Assembly: GCA_046582655.1 (NCBI GenBank)
Contig: JAYGDX010000185.1
Span: 32,001-96,000, forward strand
Source: Candidatus Poribacteria bacterium
Lineage (GTDB): Bacteria > Poribacteria > WGA-4E > UBA9662
Length of the DNA: 64,000 nt
Direction: 5' to 3'
The translations under genes and the position numbers were made by a program. The notes below the pieces were generated by a model. The model ran no database searches and was not told where the DNA came from. It saw only the letters and a list, made by a program, of their open reading frames with translations. Positions 19,970-29,833 of this stretch are shown one piece after another; the stretch's first letter is position 1, and every line of letters begins with the position of its first letter.

Positions 19970-21436
19970 ATGATACAGGAAAAACGGATTATATACGAGC
20001 ATTTAGATGTGCCTGACATCTACACATTCGATGTCTTTCGGCAACATGGCGGTTATCAGCGTTTTGAGAAGGCGCTTAAAGAACTCCAACCTGAGGAGAT
20101 TTCCGACATGGTTTTACAGTCGGGGTTGAAAGGTCGTGGCGGCGCTGGTTTTTCTACAGGCTTAAAGTGGAGTTTTGTACCTAGAGATATCGAGCCTCGT
20201 TATCTATGTTGCAATGCAGATGAAAGTGAGCCAGGGACCTTTAGTAACCGCTATATTTTGGAAAGAATACCACACTTATTGGTTGAGGGAATATTAATTT
20301 CCTGCTACGCTCTGGATATTCACTCCTGCTATGTTTATATTCGAGGTGAGTTTACGTTGGGAAAGAAAATGCTTGATCAAGCAATCGAAGACGCATACAA
20401 CCACAGCTATTTAGGTGAAAATATTTTGGATTCTGGTTTTAATCTGGACATATACGCCCATCCGGGAGCTGGCGCCTATATATGTGGGGAGGAAACCGGA
20501 TTAATCGAATCACTTGAAGGAAAGCGAGGTCAACCGCGAGTAAAACCTCCGTTCCCTGCAGTTTCCGGGGTGTTTTCCAAACCAACCGTTGTCAATAATG
20601 TAGAAACTCTATGCAATATTCCTTTTATTATTGATAAGGGAATTGAATGGTACACCAATATGGGGGTAACTTATGGTGATGCGCGATTTGATCCACCTAA
20701 GCCTGATCAAAACACTGGTACCAAACTTTACTGTGTTAGCGGCGATGTTGAGAATCCTGGAGTGTATGAGCTTGAGCTCGGTTTGACTTGTAGCGAACTA
20801 ATTGATGTTGCTGGTGGGGTCAAAGGTGACAGGATAAAAGCTGTGATCCCAGGTGGTAGTTCAGCGCCAATTTTAACGGATTACGAGCTTGATACTCGGA
20901 TGGATTTCACTTCGCTGACTTTGGCAAAGACAATGCTCGGTTCTGGTGGGGTTATCGTATTGAATGAAACGCGTTCGATTGTGGATTCGCTGTTGAATAT
21001 TATGGAATTTTATGCACATGAAACCTGTGGGCAGTGTACGCCTTGCCGGAACGGAACCCCGTGGGTAAGAGATATTGTAAAGAGGATTGCAAATGGTGAT
21101 GGTAGGCAAACGAAAATTAAACGGCCTAGGTTTGGTATTACTGAAAGTGGCCGATGGGGAGATACGGGTGAAATGGAAGAGGTCTATGAAGACCTTGAAT
21201 TGCTTGAAAGTGTTGCCAACAACATTGCCAACGTTGACACCATGACATGGGACACAATCTGCGTGTTTGGAATCGCAGTTTCGTGGCCTGCCGTTAGCTA
21301 CCTGCGGAAATTTCGTCCGGAATTTGAAGCGTGTGTTCGAGATGGAAAATGTACGGTGTTACCAGTTGATGAAGCAACCGTCACACCGGAAGAAAATTAC
21401 GCTTATCAGCAGAGAATTATACCACAGATCATCTAG
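19970..21436 (+). CDS. nuoF: NADH-quinone oxidoreductase subunit F
   Basis: GRGGAGF, NADESEPG, GAGAYICGEETGLIESLEG, and CGQCTPC...C. Confidence 0.96.
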   Translation: MIQEKRIIYEHLDVPDIYTFDVFRQHGGYQRFEKALKELQPEEISDMVLQSGLKGRGGAGFSTGLKWSFVPRDIEPRYLCCNADESEPGTFSNRYILERIPHLLVEGILISCYALDIHSCYVYIRGEFTLGKKMLDQAIEDAYNHSYLGENILDSGFNLDIYAHPGAGAYICGEETGLIESLEGKRGQPRVKPPFPAVSGVFSKPTVVNNVETLCNIPFIIDKGIEWYTNMGVTYGDARFDPPKPDQNTGTKLYCVSGDVENPGVYELELGLTCSELIDVAGGVKGDRIKAVIPGGSSAPILTDYELDTRMDFTSLTLAKTMLGSGGVIVLNETRSIVDSLLNIMEFYAHETCGQCTPCRNGTPWVRDIVKRIANGDGRQTKIKRPRFGITESGRWGDTGEMEEVYEDLELLESVANNIANVDTMTWDTICVFGIAVSWPAVSYLRKFRPEFEACVRDGKCTVLPVDEATVTPEENYAYQQRIIPQII

Positions 21437-21450
21437 AGGTAATTGAAGGT

Positions 21451-22311
21451 ATGGCTTTAACTGAAATGACTGATCGTGAGAAGTTTCTTTTTGATCTTCA
21501 GGGTTTTCTCGTTGTTCCAGGATTTCTCAGTCAGGATGAAATCGATAGCCTGAATGTTGCTGTTGATAGTAGCTCTGATCGTCGTAGTGAAGACGGTAAC
21601 TCCAACATAGCGGATTCCAAAACGCTAGGTGGTACGCATAAGCGCGGGATGTATTCTGGCATGCTGAATTGGCCGAAACCACATTGCCAACCGTTTCGTG
21701 AACTTATTGTTCATCCCAAGGCAATTCCTTATTTGAATACAATTCATGGCCGTGGTTGGCGGCTTGATCATTCACCGTTTATTTTGACGTCTGATTACAA
21801 TACAGAAGGGTTGGTAATTCACGGATCAACGGATCGGCACTTTGATGGAGCGCAATACTATACCTACAGAAATGGTCGGATACGCTGTGGAATGGTCGTT
21901 TTGCAATACCAGTTGGCGGATGTTTTCGAAGGTGATGGGGGGCTTTGTGTCGTCCCTGGGAGCCACAAAGCTAATTTCTCTTGTCCGCAAAAAATTAGGG
22001 AGTGGGAGATTGATAAAAAAGTTGTTTATAATATCCCTTGTAAAGCGGGCGATCTGGTTATCTTTAGCGAATCTACACTCCACGGCACTATCCCTTGGTC
22101 AGCTAAAGATCGCGAGCGAAGATCTTTGCTCATTCGGTATTCACCGAAGTACCTGCACTTTGCAGGAGGATATTATGATGCAGAGTTTCCTGAATGGGTG
22201 GGCGAGTTGACTGAAGCACAGCGATCTGTTTTGGAGCCCCCTTACATTTATAATCGACCTTTAATTGAGGATGATGGCAAGACAGTTGTTCGGCCTCGTC
22301 GCGAAGGCTAA
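21451..22311 (+). CDS. PhyH-family Fe(II)/2-oxoglutarate dioxygenase-like protein
   Basis: FLFDLQGFLVV, DGGLCVVPGSHK, KAGDLVIFSESTLHG and RRSLLIRY are typical of the PhyH family. Confidence 0.88.
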   Translation: MALTEMTDREKFLFDLQGFLVVPGFLSQDEIDSLNVAVDSSSDRRSEDGNSNIADSKTLGGTHKRGMYSGMLNWPKPHCQPFRELIVHPKAIPYLNTIHGRGWRLDHSPFILTSDYNTEGLVIHGSTDRHFDGAQYYTYRNGRIRCGMVVLQYQLADVFEGDGGLCVVPGSHKANFSCPQKIREWEIDKKVVYNIPCKAGDLVIFSESTLHGTIPWSAKDRERRSLLIRYSPKYLHFAGGYYDAEFPEWVGELTEAQRSVLEPPYIYNRPLIEDDGKTVVRPRREG

Positions 22312-22341
22312 AGCATTGTTGGATATGAGGAAGGTACCGTA

Positions 22342-24003
22342 ATGGCATTTATCAAATTAAATGACCTTGAGCTTGAAGTAGAAGATGGAATTAATATCAT
22401 TCAAGCTGCTCAACAGGTTGGTATTGAGGTTCCTCATTACTGCTTCCATTCTGGGCTATCTCGACCAGCTAACTGTCGGATGTGTTTAGTTGAACCCCAT
22501 GAATTTTTCCCGCCAGCTGGTAAGATTGTGCCAGCACGACAACTTGCGACAGGTTGTACAACAACAGTGAGAACAGCACCAGAGGATAGAAAGCTGGAAG
22601 GTAAGTATGACTTTATCGTTCGCACAGATTCACCACGCGTCAAAAAGGCTCGTGAGAATATTTTGGAGTTTTTGCTGATTCATCATCCACTTGATTGCCC
22701 GGTTTGTGATCAAGCGGGCGAATGTACGCTACAAGATTTCAGCTTTAACCACGGTAGTGGAACAAGCCGGTATATTGAAGTTAAGAACGTTCCTCCCAAG
22801 AAGGATCTCGGTCCGGAAGTCCTACTCTACTCAACCCGTTGTATCGTTTGTACCCGTTGTATTCGTTTTTGCGATGAAGTGACAGGCACTGGTGAGTTAG
22901 GCATCGTTCACCGCGGATCGAAAAACGAAATTGATATTCCCAGAAAACATGATGGAACGCCAACCCAACTACTTGATAATAAGTTGTCCGGAAATGTTGT
23001 TGATATCTGTCCCGTTGGGGCTTTAAAGAGTAAGGATTTTCTATTCAAATCACGTCCTTGGTTCATGAAGACTGTCAACACGGTTTGCTCTGGATGCAGT
23101 GTTGGTTGTAATATCACCTTGGACTTTAAGGATGACGGTGTTTATCGGTTAAAGCCACGCTATCATGAACGTATTAACCAACATTGGATGTGTGATGATG
23201 GACGTCTTGGTTATCATTATGTGAATAGTGAAGACCGTCTTCAAACACCGATGAAACGTGTTGATGGCAGTTTGGTACCAACGTCATGGGCAGATGCGTT
23301 CAGCATAATTTCAGAGCAGCTATCCGCAGTTGATCCTGATTCAATGGCTATCGTAGGATCCGCCCAAATTACCAATGAAGAGAATTACCTTCTCCGGAAA
23401 CTTGCAGATCAGCTTGAGGTTGATACCATCGGAATATTTGGCAGGAAATTGGGTGATGAATATGTGTATCCAAAGTTTACAATTGAATCCGATAAGAATC
23501 CGAATACTCGTGGTGCGAAGGATATGCTGTGTCAGAATGGAACCGAAGTTTTGGAAGATGGCCCACTATGGTCGGCTTTGTCAGACAAAAAGTTTGTTTA
23601 TCTGGTAAATGGTACGCCTGAACGGCCACTCGATGAAACTGAATGTGATGCCCTAGAAAAAGCTGGGTTTTTGGTAGTTCAGGATATTTTGTTGTCTGAG
23701 GTGGCTGAATTGGCTGATATTGTACTGCCAGGAGCAACTTTCGCTGAGAAGGATGGTTGCTTCACCAATTCTAAGGGGTGGGTGCAGCGCATCCGAAAAT
23801 CCATCAGTTCCCCAGGACAAGCACAGCCTGATTGGGAAATCATTCAGCAGATTGTCAAGAAACTTGGTGGCGATATCGACTATAATTTCGTTGGTGAAAT
23901 CGCGTTGGAAATAGCCGAAAAAGTCGCCGGTTATCAGGATGCAAATCATCAGCAGATCAGCGATCAAGGTGTTTTGATTAACAGTTTGAGTGTTGATCAA
24001 TGA
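22342..24003 (+). CDS. nuoG: NADH-quinone oxidoreductase subunit G (short form, 553 aa)
   Basis: PHYCFH..CRMCLVE, HPLDCPVCDQAGECTLQ, CIVCTRCIRFC, ICPVGAL, CSGCSVGC...C, and ADIVLPGATFAEKDG. Confidence 0.92.
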   Translation: MAFIKLNDLELEVEDGINIIQAAQQVGIEVPHYCFHSGLSRPANCRMCLVEPHEFFPPAGKIVPARQLATGCTTTVRTAPEDRKLEGKYDFIVRTDSPRVKKARENILEFLLIHHPLDCPVCDQAGECTLQDFSFNHGSGTSRYIEVKNVPPKKDLGPEVLLYSTRCIVCTRCIRFCDEVTGTGELGIVHRGSKNEIDIPRKHDGTPTQLLDNKLSGNVVDICPVGALKSKDFLFKSRPWFMKTVNTVCSGCSVGCNITLDFKDDGVYRLKPRYHERINQHWMCDDGRLGYHYVNSEDRLQTPMKRVDGSLVPTSWADAFSIISEQLSAVDPDSMAIVGSAQITNEENYLLRKLADQLEVDTIGIFGRKLGDEYVYPKFTIESDKNPNTRGAKDMLCQNGTEVLEDGPLWSALSDKKFVYLVNGTPERPLDETECDALEKAGFLVVQDILLSEVAELADIVLPGATFAEKDGCFTNSKGWVQRIRKSISSPGQAQPDWEIIQQIVKKLGGDIDYNFVGEIALEIAEKVAGYQDANHQQISDQGVLINSLSVDQ

Positions 24004-24011
24004 TCTGAGGT

Positions 24012-24047
24012 GCGAGTGAGGGAAATCTGGTGCCTTACTCGCTTTTT
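24012..24047 (+). terminator. Intrinsic-terminator-like hairpin between nuoG and nuoH
   Basis: GCGAGTGAGG, 11-nt loop, CCTTACTCGC, then TTTTT. Confidence 0.6.
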
Positions 24048-24084
24048 GTATGCAAAAAATTGAGTGAAAAAGCATTAGAAAACT

Positions 24085-25293
24085 ATGGAAAACTTGCCGT
24101 TAAGCTTATTTCTTATTAGTTCTAGCATCAAGATTCTTATCATTGTCCATATGCTGCTGATTGGTGTGATGGGAATGATTTGGGCAGAACGCAGAGTCAG
24201 TGCTTGGATGCAAGATCGCTATGGGCCGAATCGTGTAGGACCGCAGGGACTCTTGCAACCAATTGCCGATGGAATAAAATTTTTATTCAAAGAAGATCTC
24301 ATACCGGATCACGTTGATAAAGTTGTCTATGTCATCGCACCAGCTATTATTTTGGTTCCAGCTTTGATTACTTGTGCAGTTGTACCCTTTGGCAATGAAA
24401 TTCCGGTGTCATGGGGTGGTCGAGAGTACAGAATTCCGCTCCAGATTGCTGACATTGATATTGGAATACTTTACATTTTGGCTATTACATCACTTGGAGT
24501 TTATGGAGTGGTACTTGGTGCATGGGCTTCTAACAATAAGTATTCGTTTCTTGGTGGTATACGGGCATCAGCTCAGATGATTAGCTACGAATTACCGCTT
24601 GGTCTCTCAATTGTTGGTGTGTTGATGCTGAGTGAGTCACTGAGACTAAGAGAGATTGTTCTAGCACAATCTAGCTTTCTACACTGGAATTTCCTGACAC
24701 ATTTCCCTTCCTTCCTAGTCTTTATCATTGCTATATTTGCAGAAACGAACCGCCTGCCTTTTGATGTCGCCGAAGCGGAGCAGGAGCTCGTTGGCGGTTA
24801 CCATACGGAATATAGCAGCATGAAATTTGCCATGTATTTCATGGCGGAATATCTGCACATGATAGTTGGGTCGGTGGTAGTGGTTGTCCTTTTCTTGGGT
24901 GGATGGTATTTCCCAGGATTAGAAAAACTGGTTGATTCGGGAACGCTGCTCGGCGGCTTGCTTTCCTTTATTATCGTATTTGTTAAGACCTCATTTTTCC
25001 TTTTCTTCTTTATTTGGGTTCGTTGGTCATTGCCTCGTTTTCGCTATGATCAACTGATGAACCTCGGTTGGAAGGTCTTATTGCCGATTGCATTAACTTC
25101 GATCGTGGTAACAGCTGTTGTTTGGGTAGCTAGTGAATCTAGGTTATGGGTTGGTATCTTCAACGTTATTTCTGCCGTAGTTGTTACTTCGACCGTTACG
25201 ACTCTGGTGTCAATGAGAAACGAACCTAAGGTTGTTATAGAAGATAACTCAGACATTGTTAGTGATGAATCTCCAAGTTTTATGACCCAATAA
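24085..25293 (+). CDS. nuoH: NADH-quinone oxidoreductase subunit H
   Basis: ERRVSAWMQDRYGPNRVG, QPIADGIK, AETNRLPFD..EAEQELVGGY and PRFRYDQLM. Has an extra C-terminal hydrophobic segment. Confidence 0.96.
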   Translation: MENLPLSLFLISSSIKILIIVHMLLIGVMGMIWAERRVSAWMQDRYGPNRVGPQGLLQPIADGIKFLFKEDLIPDHVDKVVYVIAPAIILVPALITCAVVPFGNEIPVSWGGREYRIPLQIADIDIGILYILAITSLGVYGVVLGAWASNNKYSFLGGIRASAQMISYELPLGLSIVGVLMLSESLRLREIVLAQSSFLHWNFLTHFPSFLVFIIAIFAETNRLPFDVAEAEQELVGGYHTEYSSMKFAMYFMAEYLHMIVGSVVVVVLFLGGWYFPGLEKLVDSGTLLGGLLSFIIVFVKTSFFLFFFIWVRWSLPRFRYDQLMNLGWKVLLPIALTSIVVTAVVWVASESRLWVGIFNVISAVVVTSTVTTLVSMRNEPKVVIEDNSDIVSDESPSFMTQ

Positions 25294-25313
25294 ATTTAGG
25301 AGAAGTCCTCGTT

Positions 25314-25961
25314 ATGGTTTTATTAGTGATTTTCGGCTTGGTAGCGATTTGTTCCGCGATATGTGTGGTAGCTTTTAAGAATCCGATTCATAGTGCGCTG
25401 GCTCTGATCTTGACCTTCTTTTCACAAGCAGGTTTGTTTATCGCACTCGGTGCCCATTTTGTCGCAGCCGTTCAGGTGATTGTTTATGCGGGGGCTATTA
25501 TGGTGCTTTTTCTATTTGTGATTATGCTCCTAAATTTGGGAAGCCTTCAGGACACGGCTCGTCAGAACATCAGTGCGATCAAGATTTTTGTGCTGGTTTT
25601 AGCCGTTTTACTGGCCATCGAGGGGATTACGGTTGCTCGGTATGTTGATCAAAGTGGTAATGTCATCAAGCAGCAAAGTGCCGAGGTCGTTATCCAAACG
25701 TTGAAAGACGATTTCAAGATGAACGATGAAGACATTAAGCATTCAATTGAAGAACTGTACGGAGAAGGCACCTTGGTTTCAGATTTAACCAGTGTTCAAG
25801 CGACTAGATTAATCCATGGTGAAATGGGAAAAGCAGAACGAATAGGGGCTCTTTTGTTCAGTAAATTTGTTCTTCCTTTTGAGGTGACTTCATTTATACT
25901 CATTGCAGCTCTTATTGGTGTTATTGCTATTGTTAACAGAGAACCGCAAGAAACCACGTAA
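25314..25961 (+). CDS. nuoJ: NADH-quinone oxidoreductase subunit J
   Basis: NPIHSAL, QVIVYAGAIMVLFLFVIML and LPFE. Confidence 0.93.
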   Translation: MVLLVIFGLVAICSAICVVAFKNPIHSALALILTFFSQAGLFIALGAHFVAAVQVIVYAGAIMVLFLFVIMLLNLGSLQDTARQNISAIKIFVLVLAVLLAIEGITVARYVDQSGNVIKQQSAEVVIQTLKDDFKMNDEDIKHSIEELYGEGTLVSDLTSVQATRLIHGEMGKAERIGALLFSKFVLPFEVTSFILIAALIGVIAIVNREPQETT

Positions 25962-26023
25962 GATTACTTACAGTTAAAGAAACTAATTAATTTAGATTGT
26001 TTTAGGTTATTTAAAGTTAGAAT

Positions 26024-26323
26024 ATGCTACTACAGTACTACATGGTTTTAAGCGCATTGCTTTTCACTATCGGGGTTATAGGTGTATTGATCCGTAGGAA
26101 CGCGATTATTATTTTTATGTGTATTGAAATAATGCTGAATGCTGTCAATTTGTTATTTGTCGCCTTTTCTCGGGAATTAGGGGATCCTTCTGGGCAGGTT
26201 ATCGTTTTTTTCGTCATGACGGTTGCCGCGGCTGAAGTGGCCATCGGATTAGCAATCATCGTTAGTGTTTTTAATAACCATGCAACTGTCAATGTAGATG
26301 AGATTAGGTCGATGAAGGGGTAG
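26024..26323 (+). CDS. nuoK: NADH-quinone oxidoreductase subunit K
   Basis: [17 protein letters not shown] and [11 protein letters not shown]. Confidence 0.96.
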   Translation: MLLQYYMVLSALLFTIGVIGVLIRRNAIIIFMCIEIMLNAVNLLFVAFSRELGDPSGQVIVFFVMTVAAAEVAIGLAIIVSVFNNHATVNVDEIRSMKG

Positions 26324-26337
26324 TTGAAGGGGATTTT

Positions 26338-28242
26338 ATGTCATCAACGATAATTTTACTTCTAATGATATCACCGTTGATTGGCTTTCTCGTCAATGGG
26401 ATTTTCGGTAAGTTGACAAGGAAAGCAAGTGGTGTGATTGCTTGCGCGGCTATACTTACATCATTGGTTTGTTCCATATTATTGTTTTCTGAAGTTGACA
26501 ATAATGTGGCAAGTGGTGATAGTGCTTATTTTGACGGTTCCCTATATGAATGGATCTCTGCTGGTGAACTTTCAGTTGAGATTGGAGTCCGTATCGACTC
26601 ATTGACTTTGGTCATGTTGCTGGTAATCACGGGGGTTGGATTTTTCATCCATGTGTATTCGATTGGCTATATGCACGACGATCCGGGATATACACGCTAT
26701 TTTGCCTATCTTAACTTGTTTGTGTTCGCAATGCTTATTCTTGTTTTAGCCAATAACTATGCCATGATGTTTATTGGTTGGGAAGGTGTTGGGCTCTGCT
26801 CCTATTTGCTGATTGGTTTTTGGTATGAGAAGAAGTCCGCAACTGATGCTGGTAAGAAAGCTTTTATTGTCAACCGAATTGGCGATTTTGGGTTTTTGCT
26901 TGGAATGTTCACTCTATTTGCTGCCTTCGGTTCCTTTGGATTTGAAAAGGTCTTTCACGATGCAGAGATGGGTCATTACACAAAGATCTTTGGAGAGAAT
27001 ACGCTGAAAATTGCAACGCTACTCCTGTTTGTTGGTGCCATCGGGAAATCGGCGCAAATTCCACTCTATGTTTGGCTGCCTGATGCGATGGAAGGACCAA
27101 CACCTGTTAGCGCATTGATCCATGCTGCCACAATGGTCACTGCCGGGGTTTATATGATTGCTAGGTCCTCAGTTTTGTTCACTATTGCTGAAACTGGGGT
27201 TTACGTCGCTTGGATTGGTGTTTTAACTGCATTATTGGCAGCCACAATGGCAATTACAGCAAACGACATCAAACGGGTGTTGGCCTACTCCACAGTAAGC
27301 CAATTAGGTTATATGATGGTAGGGGTGGGTGTTGGTGCTTATGTTTCGGGTATTTTTCACTTGGTGACTCATGCATTTTTTAAAGGGTTAATGTTTTTAG
27401 CTGCGGGAAGCGTGATGCATGCAATGTCAAACGAATTGGATATGCGGAAAATGGGTGGATTAAAGTCGAAGTTGCCCATTACCTACTGGACGTTTTTGGC
27501 CGGAGCATTGGCAATTGCTGGCGTTCCAGGATTAAGCGGTTTCTGGAGTAAGGATGAGATTCTACATTCAGCGTGGGACAGTGGACATCACGCGGTTTTC
27601 TTCCTCGGATTGGTGACAGCAGCACTGACAGCTTTTTACATGTTTCGGTTAATCTTCGTAACTTTCCATGGACAATCCCGTGTGGATCCGCATGTCGAAT
27701 CACATCTGCACGAATCGCCGCCTGTGATGTGGGTGCCATTGGTAGTGTTGGCTGTTCCGTCCTTGTTTATTGGCTTAGTTGTAGGTTGGGGCGGGCATGA
27801 TAGTGCTTTCCACCATTTTCTAGGTGATGTGTTTCCTGCCACTGTACATCAGGAACAACCCAGTTCACCCTTGCCATTTATGCTGATTTCAACGATTGTT
27901 GCTTTCTTTGGGATTATATCGGCTTATATTCTTTACAGTAAAGATTCACCAAAAGACGAACCTGAGAATTTCCCGATGGAATTGTTAACCAACAAATATT
28001 ATATCGACGAAATATATGACGCTGTCATTGTTAAGCCCATAAAAGGTATATCGCAATATGGGCTGTGGAGAATTGTAGATGTGGTTATCATCGACTTCCT
28101 GTGTGTGGGTGGCGTTTCACTTTTAACACGTGGTACAGGCGGATTGCTGAGGTATCTTCAAACTGGAATCGTCCAGTCTTACATATTATCAATGGTTATT
28201 GGTATTGTGTTGTTCTTAGGATATTATTTATTCGTGAGGTAA
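26338..28242 (+). CDS. nuoL: NADH-quinone oxidoreductase subunit L
   Basis: IHVYSIGYM, WEGVGLCSYLLIGFW, KSAQIPLYVWLPDAMEGPTPVSALIHAATMV and HAFFK. Confidence 0.97.
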   Translation: MSSTIILLLMISPLIGFLVNGIFGKLTRKASGVIACAAILTSLVCSILLFSEVDNNVASGDSAYFDGSLYEWISAGELSVEIGVRIDSLTLVMLLVITGVGFFIHVYSIGYMHDDPGYTRYFAYLNLFVFAMLILVLANNYAMMFIGWEGVGLCSYLLIGFWYEKKSATDAGKKAFIVNRIGDFGFLLGMFTLFAAFGSFGFEKVFHDAEMGHYTKIFGENTLKIATLLLFVGAIGKSAQIPLYVWLPDAMEGPTPVSALIHAATMVTAGVYMIARSSVLFTIAETGVYVAWIGVLTALLAATMAITANDIKRVLAYSTVSQLGYMMVGVGVGAYVSGIFHLVTHAFFKGLMFLAAGSVMHAMSNELDMRKMGGLKSKLPITYWTFLAGALAIAGVPGLSGFWSKDEILHSAWDSGHHAVFFLGLVTAALTAFYMFRLIFVTFHGQSRVDPHVESHLHESPPVMWVPLVVLAVPSLFIGLVVGWGGHDSAFHHFLGDVFPATVHQEQPSSPLPFMLISTIVAFFGIISAYILYSKDSPKDEPENFPMELLTNKYYIDEIYDAVIVKPIKGISQYGLWRIVDVVIIDFLCVGGVSLLTRGTGGLLRYLQTGIVQSYILSMVIGIVLFLGYYLFVR

Positions 28243-28245
28243 TTT

Positions 28246-29805
28246 TTGTTGCTTTCAATTATTATTTTCCTCCCATTACTAGGAGCGGTTCTGGTCGCTA
28301 TCGCCAAGTTTCTTAACTTGGGAGATTCGGCTCTGAAGGGGATTGCTTTTCTAGCTGCACTCCTCACTTTCGTCATTTCGGTCTCGCTTTATTTCAACTT
28401 CGATCTTGCTCCTGAAAACGAGGGAATGAAGTATCATGTCGATATCCAGTGGATTGAAGGATTGGGAATCAATTACCAAATTGGAATCGATGGCATCTCA
28501 CTTTGGATAGTCTTATTGACGACCTTTCTAACGCCGATTTGTATTTTGGCATCATGGAATTCAGTGGAAAAAAGTATATCAGGGTTTATGATTACGCTTT
28601 TGACACTTGAAACTGCCATGGTTGGTGTTTTTTGTGCATTGGATATGTTCCTGTTTTTTGTGTTCTGGGAGTCGATTTTGATACCGATGTATTTCCTCAT
28701 CGGTATTTGGGGAGGAAGAAGACGTATTTACGCCACAATCAAGTTCGTGCTGTACACGATGGTGGGTAGTGTGTTGATGCTGGTTGGAATTCTGTACCTC
28801 TATTTTCAGAATAATAATAGTTTCGATTTATTACAACTTTATGGGCTAACCAGTTCTATTGCTCCAGAAAAGCAAAAATTACTTTTCCTGGCGTTTTTCA
28901 TTGCTTTTGCCATTAAAGTGCCACTATTTCCTTTCCATACTTGGCTTCCTGACGCGCACGTTGAGGCCCCAACTGCGGGGAGTGTGATTCTTGCTGGAGT
29001 TTTGCTGAAAATGGGAACCTATGGCATTGTTCGGTTTTGTTTGCCGTTATTCCCGGCAGGTGTTATTGCTTATACGCCTTTAATTGTAACACTATCCGTA
29101 ATTGGTATTATTTATGGTGCGTTGGTGGCGATGGTTCAGCCGGATCTAAAAAAGCTGGTTGCTTATTCCAGTGTTAGCCACTTGGGGTTCGTCGTACTGG
29201 GACTTTTTGCACTTAACGATCAAAGTGTGCAGGGAGCAATCTTACAAATGGTGAACCATGGCCTCAGTACAGGTGCTTTGTTCTTGATTGTTGGTATGAT
29301 TTACGAACGACGTCATACGCGGATGATTTCAGATTTTGGAGGGTTATCCAAGTCGATGCCAGTTTTTGCAGTGTTTTTTATGATTGTTACCCTCTCTTCC
29401 ATCGGATTACCAGGATTGAACGGGTTTGTAGGTGAGTTCATGATCCTGCTCGGCAGTTTCGTTTCAGATAAGTTTTCAAGAATCTATGTGGTGATTGCGA
29501 CTTCAGGTGTTGTTTTCGTAGCAGTATATATGCTATGGATGTTTCAACGAGTGATGTTTGGTAAACTTGATAATCCAAAGAATCAGGACTTGAAGGATCT
29601 GAGCATACGGGAAATAGCTGTGCTGGTTCCTATAATTGTCTTCATCATTTGGATTGGTGTGTATCCTAAACCCTTTTTAAGCAAGATAGAAAAATCAGTT
29701 AATAGTATTGTCATTTTGAATACGGAAGATTCATCCAAGAATACAGTGGGTATGGTTGGAACGTCTGTTAACTTTAAGACAATAAATTTAGATTTGCATA
29801 GATAA
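28246..29805 (+). CDS. nuoM: NADH-quinone oxidoreductase subunit M
   Basis: FFVFWE, KVPLFPFHTWLPDAHVEAPT, LLKMGTYG, AYSSVSH and GFVGEF. Confidence 0.96.
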   Translation: MLLSIIIFLPLLGAVLVAIAKFLNLGDSALKGIAFLAALLTFVISVSLYFNFDLAPENEGMKYHVDIQWIEGLGINYQIGIDGISLWIVLLTTFLTPICILASWNSVEKSISGFMITLLTLETAMVGVFCALDMFLFFVFWESILIPMYFLIGIWGGRRRIYATIKFVLYTMVGSVLMLVGILYLYFQNNNSFDLLQLYGLTSSIAPEKQKLLFLAFFIAFAIKVPLFPFHTWLPDAHVEAPTAGSVILAGVLLKMGTYGIVRFCLPLFPAGVIAYTPLIVTLSVIGIIYGALVAMVQPDLKKLVAYSSVSHLGFVVLGLFALNDQSVQGAILQMVNHGLSTGALFLIVGMIYERRHTRMISDFGGLSKSMPVFAVFFMIVTLSSIGLPGLNGFVGEFMILLGSFVSDKFSRIYVVIATSGVVFVAVYMLWMFQRVMFGKLDNPKNQDLKDLSIREIAVLVPIIVFIIWIGVYPKPFLSKIEKSVNSIVILNTEDSSKNTVGMVGTSVNFKTINLDLHR

Positions 29806-29833
29806 GCACAAGTTTAGATGAAATTATTATCGG

